From the NCBI GenBank assembly GCA_965197925.1, contig CBDAOC010000019.1:512001-576000 (forward strand): 64,000 nt of DNA, given 5' to 3'. A program made the position numbers and the translations under genes. Source of the stretch: Nitrososphaerales archaeon. Its GTDB lineage: Archaea > Thermoproteota > Nitrososphaeria > Nitrososphaerales > UBA213. A model generated the notes under the pieces. That model ran no database searches. It was not told the origin of the DNA and worked only from the letters and a program-made list of their open reading frames with translations. Shown in pieces: positions 52,970-64,000 of the stretch; the stretch's first letter is position 1; the number at the start of each line of letters is the position of its first letter.

Positions 52970-53643
52970 ATTTTTGAGCTATGATTTATTGCAATATAGG
53001 TATATTCTTAAGGTTGAGTAAGTTTATTATTTCTTATTACCATGAACTATTAGGTAAGCCATAGTTCTGTAGCATTATTCTGTTCATCTTGTATTTTGAA
53101 TTACTATGATACCTTGTGCAGATCCAGCCGAGGTATATTAATCCAAAAATGCATCCTCATCATAATTACTCCTTGTCCATTCATCATAGTTCGATTCAAG
53201 GGAATGTTTTATCTAACAAACCAAGAATAATTTATTACCTTTAGACCTATTAAGAGATTAGGAAGAGCCTTTACCTGTATTAATTCTATAGACCGGTGTG
53301 ATTATGATAGCAAGTTCATGAAGAGACTCGGTGACTGATGATGGAATTACAGTTTAGGTTTTCGGAATATGGATATGAGTTCAAATGGGGGTTTGTAGTA
53401 AAAGGAGTAAGCAGATTTTTTCATGATTGAAAATGGGCGATGCTATTGTGAATTTATCCCCATAAAATAATGATATTTTTACCTCGAATCAGGAATGATT
53501 TTACTAACAGTTTGCAACATAATGGTACTCTTACCCTTGAAATTTAATGGATAATAACTTATCCTCCTTTCCTAGTTCTGCCTGTTTTAATTATACTAAT
53601 GTTAAACAACCATTAGACTTGAGGCTTGACTAGAAATTCATGG

Positions 53644-54895
53644 TCATTCAGTACCTATTCTTCTTCTCAGCTCTGATATCAAAGCAGATATTCTAACATG
53701 GTGGTCAATCTCTTGATCCTGACATATCTCCTCGTATGTTCCATACTTTATCTCAAATGCATGAACTCCTCGTATGTTCCATACTTTATCTCAAATGCAT
53801 GAACCTTTGCTAAATCCAAGTTATCAATTAGTTCAAGCACATCTTGATATAACCTGATCTGATTTTTAGCTTCTGTTGCAATGTTTTGTTTCAACTCTTC
53901 CAGGGAACAACATTCTCAACTCATCTCAAAACTAACCATTTAGACAATTTTTAGTGACCATTTAGATCCATGAATAGCTACATCTAAAATTATTTTATGA
54001 AATTCCAAGAATTATCAGACAAACAGTGGAGTATGATGGAATCACACATACCACCACATGCAAAAACTGGCAGGCCTAGGGATGATGATAGAAAAATCAT
54101 TAACGGAATAATCCATGTTCTAACTACTGGACGCCGATGGGACGATATGCCAAAAAGATACGGTGATGATTCTACTGCAAACAGAAGGTTAAACAAATGG
54201 CAACAAAAAGGAATCTGGAAAAAGATTCTATCGCGTACTATTCACTCAGCACATAAATCTGGCAAAATTAATCTACAAAAAATATCAGTTGACTCTTCAT
54301 CCATTCCTGATAAAAAAGGGGCGATGTAACTGGATATAATGGATTCAAGAGAATAACAGGTACAAAAATACATGCCGCAGTAGAGGGTAACGGATTTCCA
54401 ATATCCATACTGTTGAGTCCAGCAAATGAACATGACAGTACAAAATGCATGGATGTTACAGGATCAATTTCAGACTATCTTGATGATGATTCAATACAAC
54501 AGATAGAACCAGTTTATGCAGACAAAGGGTATGATGCAAAATACATCAGAATGTATTTGTGGGATAGAAATATTGCATGTTGCATCCCATACAAAATAAA
54601 TTCCAAGTTCATCTTTCAAAATAATGATTACAAACATTACAGCAAGACAAGATTTGTAGTTGAGAGATTCCTTGCATGGCTCAAGAATGGATTTCACAGA
54701 ACAAGAACCAGGTATGAAAGAACGGCAGAAAACTACCTGGCATTTGTTAATCTTGCATCATTTTTGATGTATTGTAGGGTTTTGAGATGAGTTGTCTAAA
54801 TGAGTAAATTTTATCCTATCCAATTCTCTGATATCAATTGGTAAATTATAATTCGAATGGTTCATCTGATTCCCACAGATTTCACAAATTGACAT
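53644..54895 (-). pseudogene. About 110-aa CxxC-containing gene disrupted by IS-A copy 4 and a 38-bp duplication
   Basis: Removing the IS plus one TCT and one copy of 53728-53765 gives a continuous frame MSICEICGNQ...FTHLECCSLEE...ELRRRIGTE*. Confidence 0.75.
53917..54794 (+). mobile_element. IS-A copy 4, both ORFs intact, predicted -1 frameshift fusion
   Basis: TIRs present; TCT on both flanks; ORF A ends at slippery AAAAAAGGGG; the -1 frame continues GDVTGYNGFKRITGTKIH..ADKGYD..RFVVER. Confidence 0.93.
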
Positions 54896-55266
54896 ATCCG
54901 ATGATATTGCTCATTCGCATAAAATAATCCATCAAAGTGAAATAAATTAGTTCAGTTCAAGAATGAGATAAACCATCAAATGCAATATCCTATTTCAAAT
55001 TGTGCATATAAGGATATGGGTTAATCGATTGAATGTTCTTGTTGAGGACTTTCAGAACTACTGAGTTAATCACGTTCTTACTTTGAGGCTTATGAAGAAC
55101 TATCAATATAGTTTTCTTCTTGGCAATGGGTTAAGTGTAGAAAAGTCGATAATTCTAATTCAAGATTAATTAACTGTTAGTAGAACGGTTTAAGTATTCT
55201 GATTCTAGATTGAAATCTTGAATTTCTCAAGAAAAAGATATAACCTTCACCAAGGTAAGAAACTGG

Positions 55267-56136
55267 ATGGTAAAGACTGAAAGATTTTCTGGATTAAACG
55301 CTGACCTCGAACGAATTGCAACAAGGGTAGAAACCTATCTCCAGGAAAATAATTTCGAAGTGGCATTCTCCAAGGATCCTACGGAACCAGCTTCCTGGTT
55401 CTTTATTCAAGCAAGAAAAGCCGGAGCTTTGAGAACTGCTGCTGGTGCGAGGCGTAGTACAGACATTATCATAAAGGGAGAACCAAAGAGCTTTGAAGTA
55501 ACCATAGGAACTGGAGAATGGGGTAAGAACATGCTTACATCGGTTCCATTGTTCATAGTTCCAGTTTTCGGTATTGTAGCAACCGTAGCAAAACTTTACA
55601 GTGCAAAGAAGTTTGAAAGCAATTTGTGGGCATATATCAAGGATCAGGCAAGGTTTCTCGGCAACAGTGCCATCAAGCTAAGTACAGAGTCAGATTCTAG
55701 AGAATATGACTGCGATTATGTAGAAGCATATCCTGGTTGGAAGTCACAAGTAACAGGTAAACTACTTTTGGAGAGACATAGGGATGGAAAGAACAGAATT
55801 CTTTTCAGGGGAGATTCAAAAGAGATTGTTATTCCTGCTGAGAAGATCTCCAAGGCTCAAATTATATCGAGGAAGAAGGGTCTTCATGAAGATGATTTAA
55901 TGATACAGATCATTTGTAAGGATGCTAATAACAGATCTGTTAAACCTATCTTCAATCTTAATGATGATATAATAAGTGGTGTTTTGGGGGGAATGAACGA
56001 ATTGGTTGGAGAGGATATAATCCTCAAGAATATAGAGCATGTGAAAGTGATAACTGATGTGAAGTTTTGCACGGAATGTGGTGCTGAGATACCCAAGACG
56101 GGAAAGTTTTGTTCCAATTGTGGTGTATCTCAGTAG
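55267..56136 (+). CDS. Hypothetical protein with C-terminal zinc ribbon
   Basis: C-terminal FCTECG...KFCSNCG; one hydrophobic segment. Confidence 0.78.
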   Translation: MVKTERFSGLNADLERIATRVETYLQENNFEVAFSKDPTEPASWFFIQARKAGALRTAAGARRSTDIIIKGEPKSFEVTIGTGEWGKNMLTSVPLFIVPVFGIVATVAKLYSAKKFESNLWAYIKDQARFLGNSAIKLSTESDSREYDCDYVEAYPGWKSQVTGKLLLERHRDGKNRILFRGDSKEIVIPAEKISKAQIISRKKGLHEDDLMIQIICKDANNRSVKPIFNLNDDIISGVLGGMNELVGEDIILKNIEHVKVITDVKFCTECGAEIPKTGKFCSNCGVSQ

Positions 56137-56232
56137 AAATTGTTTTAACCTCGCGTGGTAATTTACCCTGCCAAGCCAATTGAAGTGTATAAAATCGTAA
56201 GATATTCATGGTAGATAATTATATGAAATCAT

Positions 56233-57333
56233 ATGGGTATTCCCGAAAAGATTCAGGCAATAAAGGACGAAATGCGAAAGACACAGGTTAACAAAGCAAC
56301 TGAACATCACCTAGGATTACTAAAGGCAAAACTTGCAAAGCTTAATACTGAACTGGAGAAGAACGTTCAACTTAAGACTGGTAAATCAAAAGGAGGGCAT
56401 TTCGACGTACGCAGGACTGGTGACGCCACCGTGGTTCTAATAGGCCTTCCCAGCGTTGGAAAATCTACTCTACTAAATCATCTAACAAACGCAAAATCCA
56501 AGATAGCAACATATCAATTCACCACATTAACTGTAGTACCTGGAATCATGGAATATAGGGGTGCAAGGATCCAGATCTTGGATTTACCGGGAATTATTGA
56601 AGGGGCTTCCTCTGGTAAAGGAGTAGGGAAACGAATCTTATCTGTTGCAAGGAACGCTGATCTAATCCTCCTTATTCTGGATGTGTTTAATCCTAATCAT
56701 GCGGAGTTGTTGAAGAAAGAGCTTAGAAATATGGGGATACGTATAGACGAAAATCCTCCGGATGTTATTATAGAACAAACATCTTCGGGAGGAATTGTGA
56801 TGAATACTCAAGTCAAGATAAAGATTACTGACAAGCTTATCAGAGACATTTTGCATGTTTATGGGGTTCATAACTGTAGGGTGATCATAAGACAAGATTT
56901 TACAGATGAACAACTTATCGACGTGTTAGTAGGAAATAGAACCTATGTTAGATCGCTGGCTGTTCTTAATAAGGTAGATCTAGTAAATCAAGGATTCATT
57001 AATGAAATACAAGGTGGTGTTAAGACAAAATTCCTTCCAATATCTGCAGATATGGATATGAATATTGAAGCATTGAAGGAATCCATCTTCAATGAATTAG
57101 ATTTAATACGCATCTATATGAGACCAAAGAATGGAGAGCCCGATTATAAAGACCCTTTGATAGCTAGAAACGGTTCTACAATTCTACAAGTATGCGATAA
57201 GATTCATAGAAATATGAAAGATGAATTCAGGTACGCCTTGGTCTGGGGGAAAAGTGTAAAGTTTGCCGGTCAGAAGGTTGGAGTTAATCATAGATTAATT
57301 GATGAAGATGTATTGACGATAGTGAAAAAATGA
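56233..57333 (+). CDS. drg: DRG/OBG-family GTPase with TGS domain
   Basis: Motifs TQVNKATEHHLG, GLPSVGKST, FTT, DLPG, NKVD and VWGKSVKF.GQKVG. Confidence 0.95.
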   Translation: MGIPEKIQAIKDEMRKTQVNKATEHHLGLLKAKLAKLNTELEKNVQLKTGKSKGGHFDVRRTGDATVVLIGLPSVGKSTLLNHLTNAKSKIATYQFTTLTVVPGIMEYRGARIQILDLPGIIEGASSGKGVGKRILSVARNADLILLILDVFNPNHAELLKKELRNMGIRIDENPPDVIIEQTSSGGIVMNTQVKIKITDKLIRDILHVYGVHNCRVIIRQDFTDEQLIDVLVGNRTYVRSLAVLNKVDLVNQGFINEIQGGVKTKFLPISADMDMNIEALKESIFNELDLIRIYMRPKNGEPDYKDPLIARNGSTILQVCDKIHRNMKDEFRYALVWGKSVKFAGQKVGVNHRLIDEDVLTIVKK

Positions 57334-57412
57334 GTGTGTGAATTATTGATTCTTTTTATAGGAACTTTCATACATGAAACACTTTTAAATTGCAATCCTA
57401 TCTTCCTGCTTT

Positions 57413-57976
57413 ATGCGTAAAGGAAAGACTGCAAAGTTTAAGAAGAAGAAAAGAAAGGGCCAGTTCATTGCAATAGGAGTGATTGCTGCGCTTGCAATTG
57501 GATTAGGTTTTGGTCTTTACAATTATATGCAGCATCCTCCACGCAGTGCAGGTTTTGGAGCAATTGGTTCCGCACATGAGCATGCAGCTTTCAAACTCTT
57601 CATCAATAACGAGGAACCTGTTGATTTCTCATTACCTCAGTACCAGGTCACAACTAGGTTTATACACTTTGAGGACAATAATAGTGTTATAACACATAGA
57701 CATGCAAGCGGTGTGGACCTAGGGTTTCTGTTTGAATCTTTAGGCATGGAATTCGATGAAAAGTGTATCTCGTTAACCAATGCTACCAGTTACTGCAGCG
57801 AAGCAGATCAAAAGCTGAAGTTCTTCGTCAATGGAACAAGGAATGATAAGTATGACAAGTATATTTTGAATGATGGAGATAGGATCTTACTAAGTTTTGG
57901 TAGTGAATCGGAAGAGCAGATCAAGGATCAGCTTAATGCATTGGATCTCATTCCTGTCCCTACGGGTCAGCAATAG
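57413..57976 (+). CDS. Membrane-anchored His-motif hypothetical protein
   Basis: Lys-rich N-terminus and one TM helix; motifs HEHAA, IHFED and HRHASG. Confidence 0.75.
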   Translation: MRKGKTAKFKKKKRKGQFIAIGVIAALAIGLGFGLYNYMQHPPRSAGFGAIGSAHEHAAFKLFINNEEPVDFSLPQYQVTTRFIHFEDNNSVITHRHASGVDLGFLFESLGMEFDEKCISLTNATSYCSEADQKLKFFVNGTRNDKYDKYILNDGDRILLSFGSESEEQIKDQLNALDLIPVPTGQQ

Positions 57977-57986
57977 AAACACTTAA

Positions 57987-58844
57987 TTATTTCTTATATT
58001 TCTGTTCCAGTTGTTTGTACTTGTGTAGTTCTACGAACTTATTGAATTCCTCAAATTTTACCATATTATTCATCAAAGATTTTGTTACTCCATTATCTTT
58101 CAATTCTTGAAACACTTTTCTTATGGCATATGTAGTTGCAAAAAGTGCTGAGAGCGGGAATACAACAAGTCTGAAACCTAACTTTCTCAATTCTTCTGAT
58201 GAAAGTAACGGCGTTTTACCTCCCTCCATCATATTTGCAACCAATGGTGCATTTACAGATTTACCAATCTTTTTTAGATCATCAATCGTTTGTGGTGCTT
58301 CAATGAAAATTGCATCTGCACCTGCCTTCCTATACTCCCTTCCTCTTCTGATAGCTTCATTGATGTTATGAGGTTCTATTGCATCGGTCCTTGCAACGAT
58401 GATGAATTCTTTATTTCTCCTAGCATCTATTGCAGCTTTTAATTTTGGTATATACTCTTGAGTTGAAACAGTTTGCTTCCCTGACATATGCCCACATCTC
58501 TTAGGCCATTCCTGATCTTCTAGGAAAACACCTACTACTCCAGCAGCTTCAAGGTCACGTATCAATCTCCATACAGTTAAGGGATTGCCATACCCTGTAT
58601 CAATATCTACTATAAGAGGAATGGAAATTGCTCTTGTTATCTTCCTTGCCTGTTCAACTGCTTCACCTGCGTTCAGAAACCCGTAATCGGGCATGCCCAA
58701 AATTCCTGCAGATACACTATAACCTGACTGAAACACAACATCAAAGCCAACCTCTTGAGCAATTCTGGCACTCAATGCATCATAAATTCCTGGCATAACT
58801 ATAATATTGCCTTTGTCCCGAAGTTGTTTTAGTATTGATTTCAT
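57987..58844 (-). CDS. Isocitrate lyase/PEP mutase family enzyme (methylisocitrate lyase-like)
   Basis: Motifs PGIYDALSA, DIDTGYG, EDQEWPKRCGH and ARTDA. Confidence 0.9.
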   Translation of the reverse strand: MKSILKQLRDKGNIIVMPGIYDALSARIAQEVGFDVVFQSGYSVSAGILGMPDYGFLNAGEAVEQARKITRAISIPLIVDIDTGYGNPLTVWRLIRDLEAAGVVGVFLEDQEWPKRCGHMSGKQTVSTQEYIPKLKAAIDARRNKEFIIVARTDAIEPHNINEAIRRGREYRKAGADAIFIEAPQTIDDLKKIGKSVNAPLVANMMEGGKTPLLSSEELRKLGFRLVVFPLSALFATTYAIRKVFQELKDNGVTKSLMNNMVKFEEFNKFVELHKYKQLEQKYKK

Positions 58845-59385
58845 GCTTTAATTGTTACATGGAAATTATTTAACTTTCACTGATTGTCATGATGGAATCA
58901 ACAAATTTGGTTAACACACTAGGTGCATTCTCAAGAAGGGCTAGTCCTGTGAGCACTATAATACTAGATTTATGGAATAGTAACTGCTTTCACGACATCC
59001 TACAAATGAATCGAGTGGTCAATAATAATTATCATTAGTAGTGTAAATCCTTCATTGCTATCAATAGGTCTTGACAATGGATGTTGATTTTTATTTGTCT
59101 GACAATAAACAGCTTTTACCTCTTGTAAGTAATCAGACTGTAAGTATGCTCATACATTCAGATTTACTAAATAACCTGTTTGAATAGAATTATTCCATAG
59201 GCATTGATGGTTCGATTCGAGTATTCACTATATATTAGATACTTGACCCAAAGTCAAAGGATATACGCCCAAGATGATTACAATCCTGGTTGGATAAATA
59301 CAGACGAATGTATCATGGTGGACAGACTGTATTTTTTATTGCGGAAATTGGAAAATATGTATGAATGATAAGGTTGGGATGAGAT

Positions 59386-59847
59386 ATGCAAATAATCCAT
59401 AGTCATAGAGCAAAACTAGCTGTAGGTATAATTCTAATATCTATTGGTTTCGCAAGTATGTCACTGTATATGCTTTCTACCATATTTCATCCATTAGTTG
59501 GATTTAATGAAGTGTTTGGTAAGGCCATGGGGAATCTAATTGAGAGTGAGAGTGATACTCAAGAAATTTTGCTGGGTAGATATCTAGGAAACATGCCCCT
59601 GATGATTTTTGGCATAATTTCGGTTGTTGTTGGAAATTGGTTTCGAAATACCAGTAAACATATTGTTAATTCAGTACTTGCAATGAGCGTAATAATATTC
59701 ATTATAGGACTAGTTGCGGTGATTCAGATTTTGAGTAGTTCAGATTTATTTGCTCCCTCTGAAGTGATAGGCCAGATCAGGGATCTACCTGAGGAAATTA
59801 AGAGAATGGTAGAACTTACCAAAGGAGCAATGTCTGGTGATTTGTAG
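59386..59847 (+). CDS. Hypothetical membrane protein
   Basis: 153 aa with three hydrophobic segments. Confidence 0.65.
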   Translation: MQIIHSHRAKLAVGIILISIGFASMSLYMLSTIFHPLVGFNEVFGKAMGNLIESESDTQEILLGRYLGNMPLMIFGIISVVVGNWFRNTSKHIVNSVLAMSVIIFIIGLVAVIQILSSSDLFAPSEVIGQIRDLPEEIKRMVELTKGAMSGDL

Positions 59848-60041
59848 AGAATGTATGGGAATTATTTGGATCACCAACTTAATTTTCTCTTTTTTTGAGA
59901 TGTGATTTATTCAAACCAATAAATTAGTGGGATAACAACATTAGAGTTTAAACATATCTAATTTACAAAGTTTGAATCTTCTCTCATGGGTGGATGTATC
60001 TTAACTGACAGACTTTAATTTTTATTGTCTAAATTGGGTAA

Positions 60042-60895
60042 ATATGTACGAACCAGCTCAATAATCTCAGCCCTGAAGAATTGGATGATATCTGCCTAGC
60101 CATGCGAACCCTTTTGAGATCATCTAAACAGGGTCTTAAGTATAATGATATTGTTGAACAAATGAAGGAAAAAGGATCTCGAGCAACAATAAACAAGCAT
60201 CTTAGGCACCTCGAGGAAAAAGAATACGTTACCTGTAACCTCGTTCGCACAGATAAAGGGCGGTCAACAATTTACAAGTGGAACCCGACACTCAAAAATC
60301 ATATCCTACAAGCCTCTCTACGTATTTATGTATGTGAAAAACACTCAAAATTTTCACTACACCAAACGACAAGGTTCATCACACAACGATCTATAATTTT
60401 AGGAATCAGTCAGATGATGTACAGCAGTTCCTTGGTATCTTTATATTTGGCGATGTGTCCAGAACCTAGGAGGAGATAAATCCCCATATTTATGAAGAGG
60501 GTATAAAAAGAATAGAACTTGGTCCTTCCAATATCTCCGTTGCGGATTATGGTCTTAGAAAAATAATCTCTGCAAGATTTAATTCTCCCCTATATACCGG
60601 AAAAGAGAAAATCATTAGGTTTGATTATGATTGGGAGGAACCCCATCAATATTGGGAATTTGGAAGGGGGGATAACCAACCTAACCTCTATGAATTTGAG
60701 CTTGTATATCCACATGAGAAAAACTACAAATTCTTTGTCTATGAGATGTACTTCCTAACTCAATTAAAAAAGTTGGCCAAGAATGAACCTCATGTCAGTG
60801 AAAAAGGTGGAAAGAAGTTCATCAAATGGCAAATTGAGGATCCCCAAATAGGACAGGGCTTTAGATTCGAATGGAGTAATAATATTCCTACTTGA
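60042..60895 (+). pseudogene. Winged-helix regulator-like pseudogene
   Basis: HTH SRATINKHLRHLEEKEYV; frameshift near 60375; in-frame TAG at 60467; the frame then stays open (FDYDWEEP...FRFEW) to TGA at 60895. Confidence 0.65.
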
Positions 60896-61179
60896 ACAAC
60901 AGCTCGACATTGGAGAAACTAAAACGTGCTGATCGAATTAGAGTGTTACAAATGGAATTAGGTAAAATAATAATTTAGCTATTTGATTTCATAATTTCCC
61001 CTTTTGAATCCTAATAAAGCATAATAACCCAAAATTACCAATAGATTAATTCCTTATTGGAGAAGAATTCCTATTATTGATTAAACTAAGATGGTAGGGA
61101 CAATATGAACTTCCTTCTAATTTACATGCTTATCATCAAGCAACCACGCATACATTTAAGAATAGTTTTATCATGTGGT

Positions 61180-61563
61180 ATGATGTCTATGTCAAACAAG
61201 GAAGAAATACAGAAAAATAAGGAGATTTGTAGTAAGATAATTACAATTAACCCAAAGATCAGATATGTTGGCATGATCAACAAATTTGGGAAGACAATTG
61301 CGGGTGATCTTAGAAAGGGAATAAGGCCCTTGTTTAAGCCAGAACAGGCTAGAGACGAGTTTTTTCTGGCGGCCACTCGGGAATTCCTGCGAAAGGACTT
61401 TAACTCAACATTGGGAAGAATATTTTTCACATTAACTATGCATGAGAAGGTAAAGATAGTGTCATTCACTGTTGGTATCGTTGCTTTTTACATAACCGTG
61501 GAGAAGGACGTATCATACGATGAATTAGAAAATATAGTGAGAGTTGCAAAGTCCAAAGTTTGA
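61180..61563 (+). CDS. Small roadblock-like hypothetical protein of a type common in Thaumarchaeota
   Basis: Pattern KIRYVGMINKFGK..G..RKG..PL...R.DF...LG; start uncertain. Confidence 0.7.
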   Translation: MMSMSNKEEIQKNKEICSKIITINPKIRYVGMINKFGKTIAGDLRKGIRPLFKPEQARDEFFLAATREFLRKDFNSTLGRIFFTLTMHEKVKIVSFTVGIVAFYITVEKDVSYDELENIVRVAKSKV

Positions 61564-62142
61564 TCAATGGGATCCTATTTTTTTCCGGACAACAATTACA
61601 CCGATTATAACTGCAGCAATTAAAATTGCAATAATTTCGAAGCTTCCTTGCAATATTAGCACAATTTGCTCTCCCCAGATCATTATTACCGCAGCCTCGG
61701 CAAAGAAACGAGCACCCCTTCCAATTGTCGATGCTATGATAAATCGTTTAACATTCAACCTTACTATCCCTGAAGCTATTGTGAATATCTTATATGGGAT
61801 TGGTGAAAATCCAGCAACAAGCACGGCCCATGCCCCATACCTTTCAAAATAATTTTCTACACGTTTTATTTTACTTTCTGAAAATAATCTTAATGCTAAA
61901 GGTCTTCCTCCTTTCAAACCAATAAAGTATCCTAAAATGCCTCCCAATACTGAGCCTATTATTGTTACAAAAGCATAGTATATACCTAAAGATGGAGTAA
62001 ATAGAACAAGTGGTATCAACACTATATCGGGAGGCACTGGAAATATTGAAGATTCCAGAAATGATATAATGAACAATCCTGTTTCTCCCAAAGGTAAAAA
62101 AATATCTTTGCTCCATTCCAGCAGTTCCTCTACAATTGCCAT
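61564..62142 (-). CDS. YqaA/DedA (VTT) family membrane protein
   Basis: Motifs SFLESSIFPVPPD, GFSPIPYKIF and GRGARF. Confidence 0.9.
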   Translation of the reverse strand: MAIVEELLEWSKDIFLPLGETGLFIISFLESSIFPVPPDIVLIPLVLFTPSLGIYYAFVTIIGSVLGGILGYFIGLKGGRPLALRLFSESKIKRVENYFERYGAWAVLVAGFSPIPYKIFTIASGIVRLNVKRFIIASTIGRGARFFAEAAVIMIWGEQIVLILQGSFEIIAILIAAVIIGVIVVRKKIGSH

Positions 62143-62225
62143 GCACGCCTCCAGCTTCATGCTAAATATAATAATTAGGAATCCAAGAAGTTAATCTATA
62201 GCAATAATGTTTCCTTGGGTTAAAA

Positions 62226-62245
62226 AATTTAAATAGACCTAAATT
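62226..62245. promoter_or_regulatory. Candidate DtxR/MntR-type operator overlapping a TATA-like box upstream of the ZIP gene
   Basis: Dyad AATTTA-AATAGACC-TAAATT containing TTTAAATA. Confidence 0.45.
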
Positions 62246-62347
62246 GGTATACACATCGTCGATGAAACCAGGGCCAGTTTTAGTGGTGGAAAGTCTACTA
62301 GCAATATTATTTATTCCTATGGTTCCTGATGAGAATTACTTCCATGA

Positions 62348-63574
62348 ATGGCAAAGATCCAACAAGAGGGGGTATTGTTTAAGATGAATTTGAAATCGGT
62401 GTTCCTGGCGTTGGCGCCATTATTAATTCTTGGTGGAGTTGTTTACTATCTTATGGGTCCAGGAACTTCCTTCCTATTCACAACGGAACCGTTGCCGGAA
62501 GTTACGATCGAAAATGTGGAGTTCAAGAGAGGAGAGATAATTGCACATATACGCAACACTGGTCAAGATGAAATTACAATCTCGCAGGCAGACATAAATG
62601 ATGACATATGGGAAGCTGTGATAGAGCCAACAAACGTCTTGCCTAGGTTGGGAACTGCAAAAGTAATATTAAAGTATCCATGGGTCGAAACACTTCCATA
62701 TGAAATTGGTATAACGACCTCTGACGGTACAAGGTTTTCCTTTGGTATAGAGGCCGCCACATTGAATCCTGAGGCTAACATGGAGCAACTGACATACTTT
62801 GCAATTTTGGGCTCATATGTTGGTGTTATTCCTGTGATGATTGGTCTATTATGGTTTCCATTCATGAAAAGAATGAGTAAGCAATGGTATCATTTCTTGT
62901 TAAGCCTGACTGTCGGTCTACTGATTTTCCTTGCAATTGATGCAATCAAGGAGTCATTTGAAGTTACTGAAAATATGCCGAGTGTATTCAGAGGTGAGAT
63001 TCTTATTGTAAGTGCTGTCGTGGCAACCTTCCTTATCCTAATGATGTTCTCAAACAAAATGACTACAAAAACCATAACAACGGAAACAATGGGTGTTAGT
63101 ACCAAAGGTGTTAGTACCAAACAGCTTTATGGACTATCTCTTTCATACATGGTTGCTATTGGCATTGGATTACACAATTTAGGAGAAGGGCTTGCGATCG
63201 GCGCTGCTGCTGCCTTGGGTGCAATAGCTCTAACGAAATTCCTTGTGATAGGGTTTACCATACATAACACAACTGAAGGATTGGCAATAATAGCTCCAAT
63301 TGCAAGGCAGAAGGCAAGGATAATGCACTTGGCTGCATTAGGTTTGATAGCTGGTGTTCCAGTAATTGCTGGAACTTGGGTAGGCGGTTTTACCTTCATG
63401 CCTATGGCATCAGTGATATTTCTGGCAATAGGTGCTGGTGCAATATTCCAAGTTGTATATTCCATAATCAACTGGATAAACAAGGAGTCGGGTAGCAAAT
63501 TCACTTCGCCTTATAGTGTCGCTGGATTCATTGTAGGTTTGGCAGTAATGTACTTGACTGGCTTGCTTATCTAA
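62348..63574 (+). CDS. ZIP-family divalent metal transporter with N-terminal extracellular domain
   Basis: Motifs GLHNLGEGLAIG and HNTTEG; multiple TM helices. Confidence 0.9.
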   Translation: MAKIQQEGVLFKMNLKSVFLALAPLLILGGVVYYLMGPGTSFLFTTEPLPEVTIENVEFKRGEIIAHIRNTGQDEITISQADINDDIWEAVIEPTNVLPRLGTAKVILKYPWVETLPYEIGITTSDGTRFSFGIEAATLNPEANMEQLTYFAILGSYVGVIPVMIGLLWFPFMKRMSKQWYHFLLSLTVGLLIFLAIDAIKESFEVTENMPSVFRGEILIVSAVVATFLILMMFSNKMTTKTITTETMGVSTKGVSTKQLYGLSLSYMVAIGIGLHNLGEGLAIGAAAALGAIALTKFLVIGFTIHNTTEGLAIIAPIARQKARIMHLAALGLIAGVPVIAGTWVGGFTFMPMASVIFLAIGAGAIFQVVYSIINWINKESGSKFTSPYSVAGFIVGLAVMYLTGLLI

Positions 63575-63825
63575 TAGAGCAATTACTCTGTCCATCAAAG
63601 CAGTAATTTGAAATAAAGAGGTCTTGTTGGTATAATCTGCAATTCAGATATGGTAGTTTTTCAGTTCTGAACAGGTTACCAGAAATCCCAAAATCAATTT
63701 GATCTAATGATCTGAAGGGAAGTAGCTTTTGCCCTTCAATGGATTGAAATACAAATGGATGCTATCACTTCAGCGGCTTTCTGAGTGAGATGGAATTAGT
63801 TCATTATCATACTATTGATAATCAT

Positions 63826-64000
63826 CAACTCATCTCAAAACTAACCATTTAGACAATTTTTAGCGACCATTTAGATCCATGAATAGCGACATCTAAAATT
63901 ATTTTATGAAATTCCAAGAATTATCAGACAAACAGTGGAGTATGATAGAATCACACATACCACCACATGCAAAAACTGGCAGGCCTAGGGATGATGATAG
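63826..64000 (+). mobile_element. IS-A copy 5, left end, truncated by window
   Basis: TIR CAACTCATCTCAAAAC and ORF A start MKFQELSDKQW at 63906. Confidence 0.9.

Noticed and set aside
60467..60469. In-frame TAG as pyrrolysine or readthrough, or a hidden intron
   Set aside because: The same gene has a frameshift and a damaged start, no BHB is visible and no pyl genes are in the window; decay is the simpler explanation.

Overview
A low-GC archaeal chromosome segment, most likely from Nitrososphaerota (Thaumarchaeota). The assignment rests on an 11-subunit complex I operon in the order nuoABCDHIJKMLN, a crotonase of the 3HP/4HB-cycle type, a CFI-box-CTERM protein, a TFB paralog, Dph5 and a DRG GTPase. 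Other genes include carAB, purD, tldD/tldE, a geranylgeranyl reductase, a polyprenyl synthase, egtB, znuACB, a CADD-like oxidase, a PrpB-like lyase and a ZIP transporter. Four IS types are present, one in five copies, along with several decaying genes. The main result is that carB is interrupted inside its conserved GEFDYSG motif by a 21-nt insert containing a stop codon (6636-6656). The insert folds into a bulge-helix-bulge (BHB) motif whose standard cut sites exactly restore the protein, so it is a candidate tRNA-endonuclease-spliced mRNA intron. The three tRNA genes carry five more BHB introns, three at non-canonical positions (7/8, 9/10, 15/16). All six introns end in AA. Everything here was read by eye from sequence; no searches, folding programs or transcript data were available.
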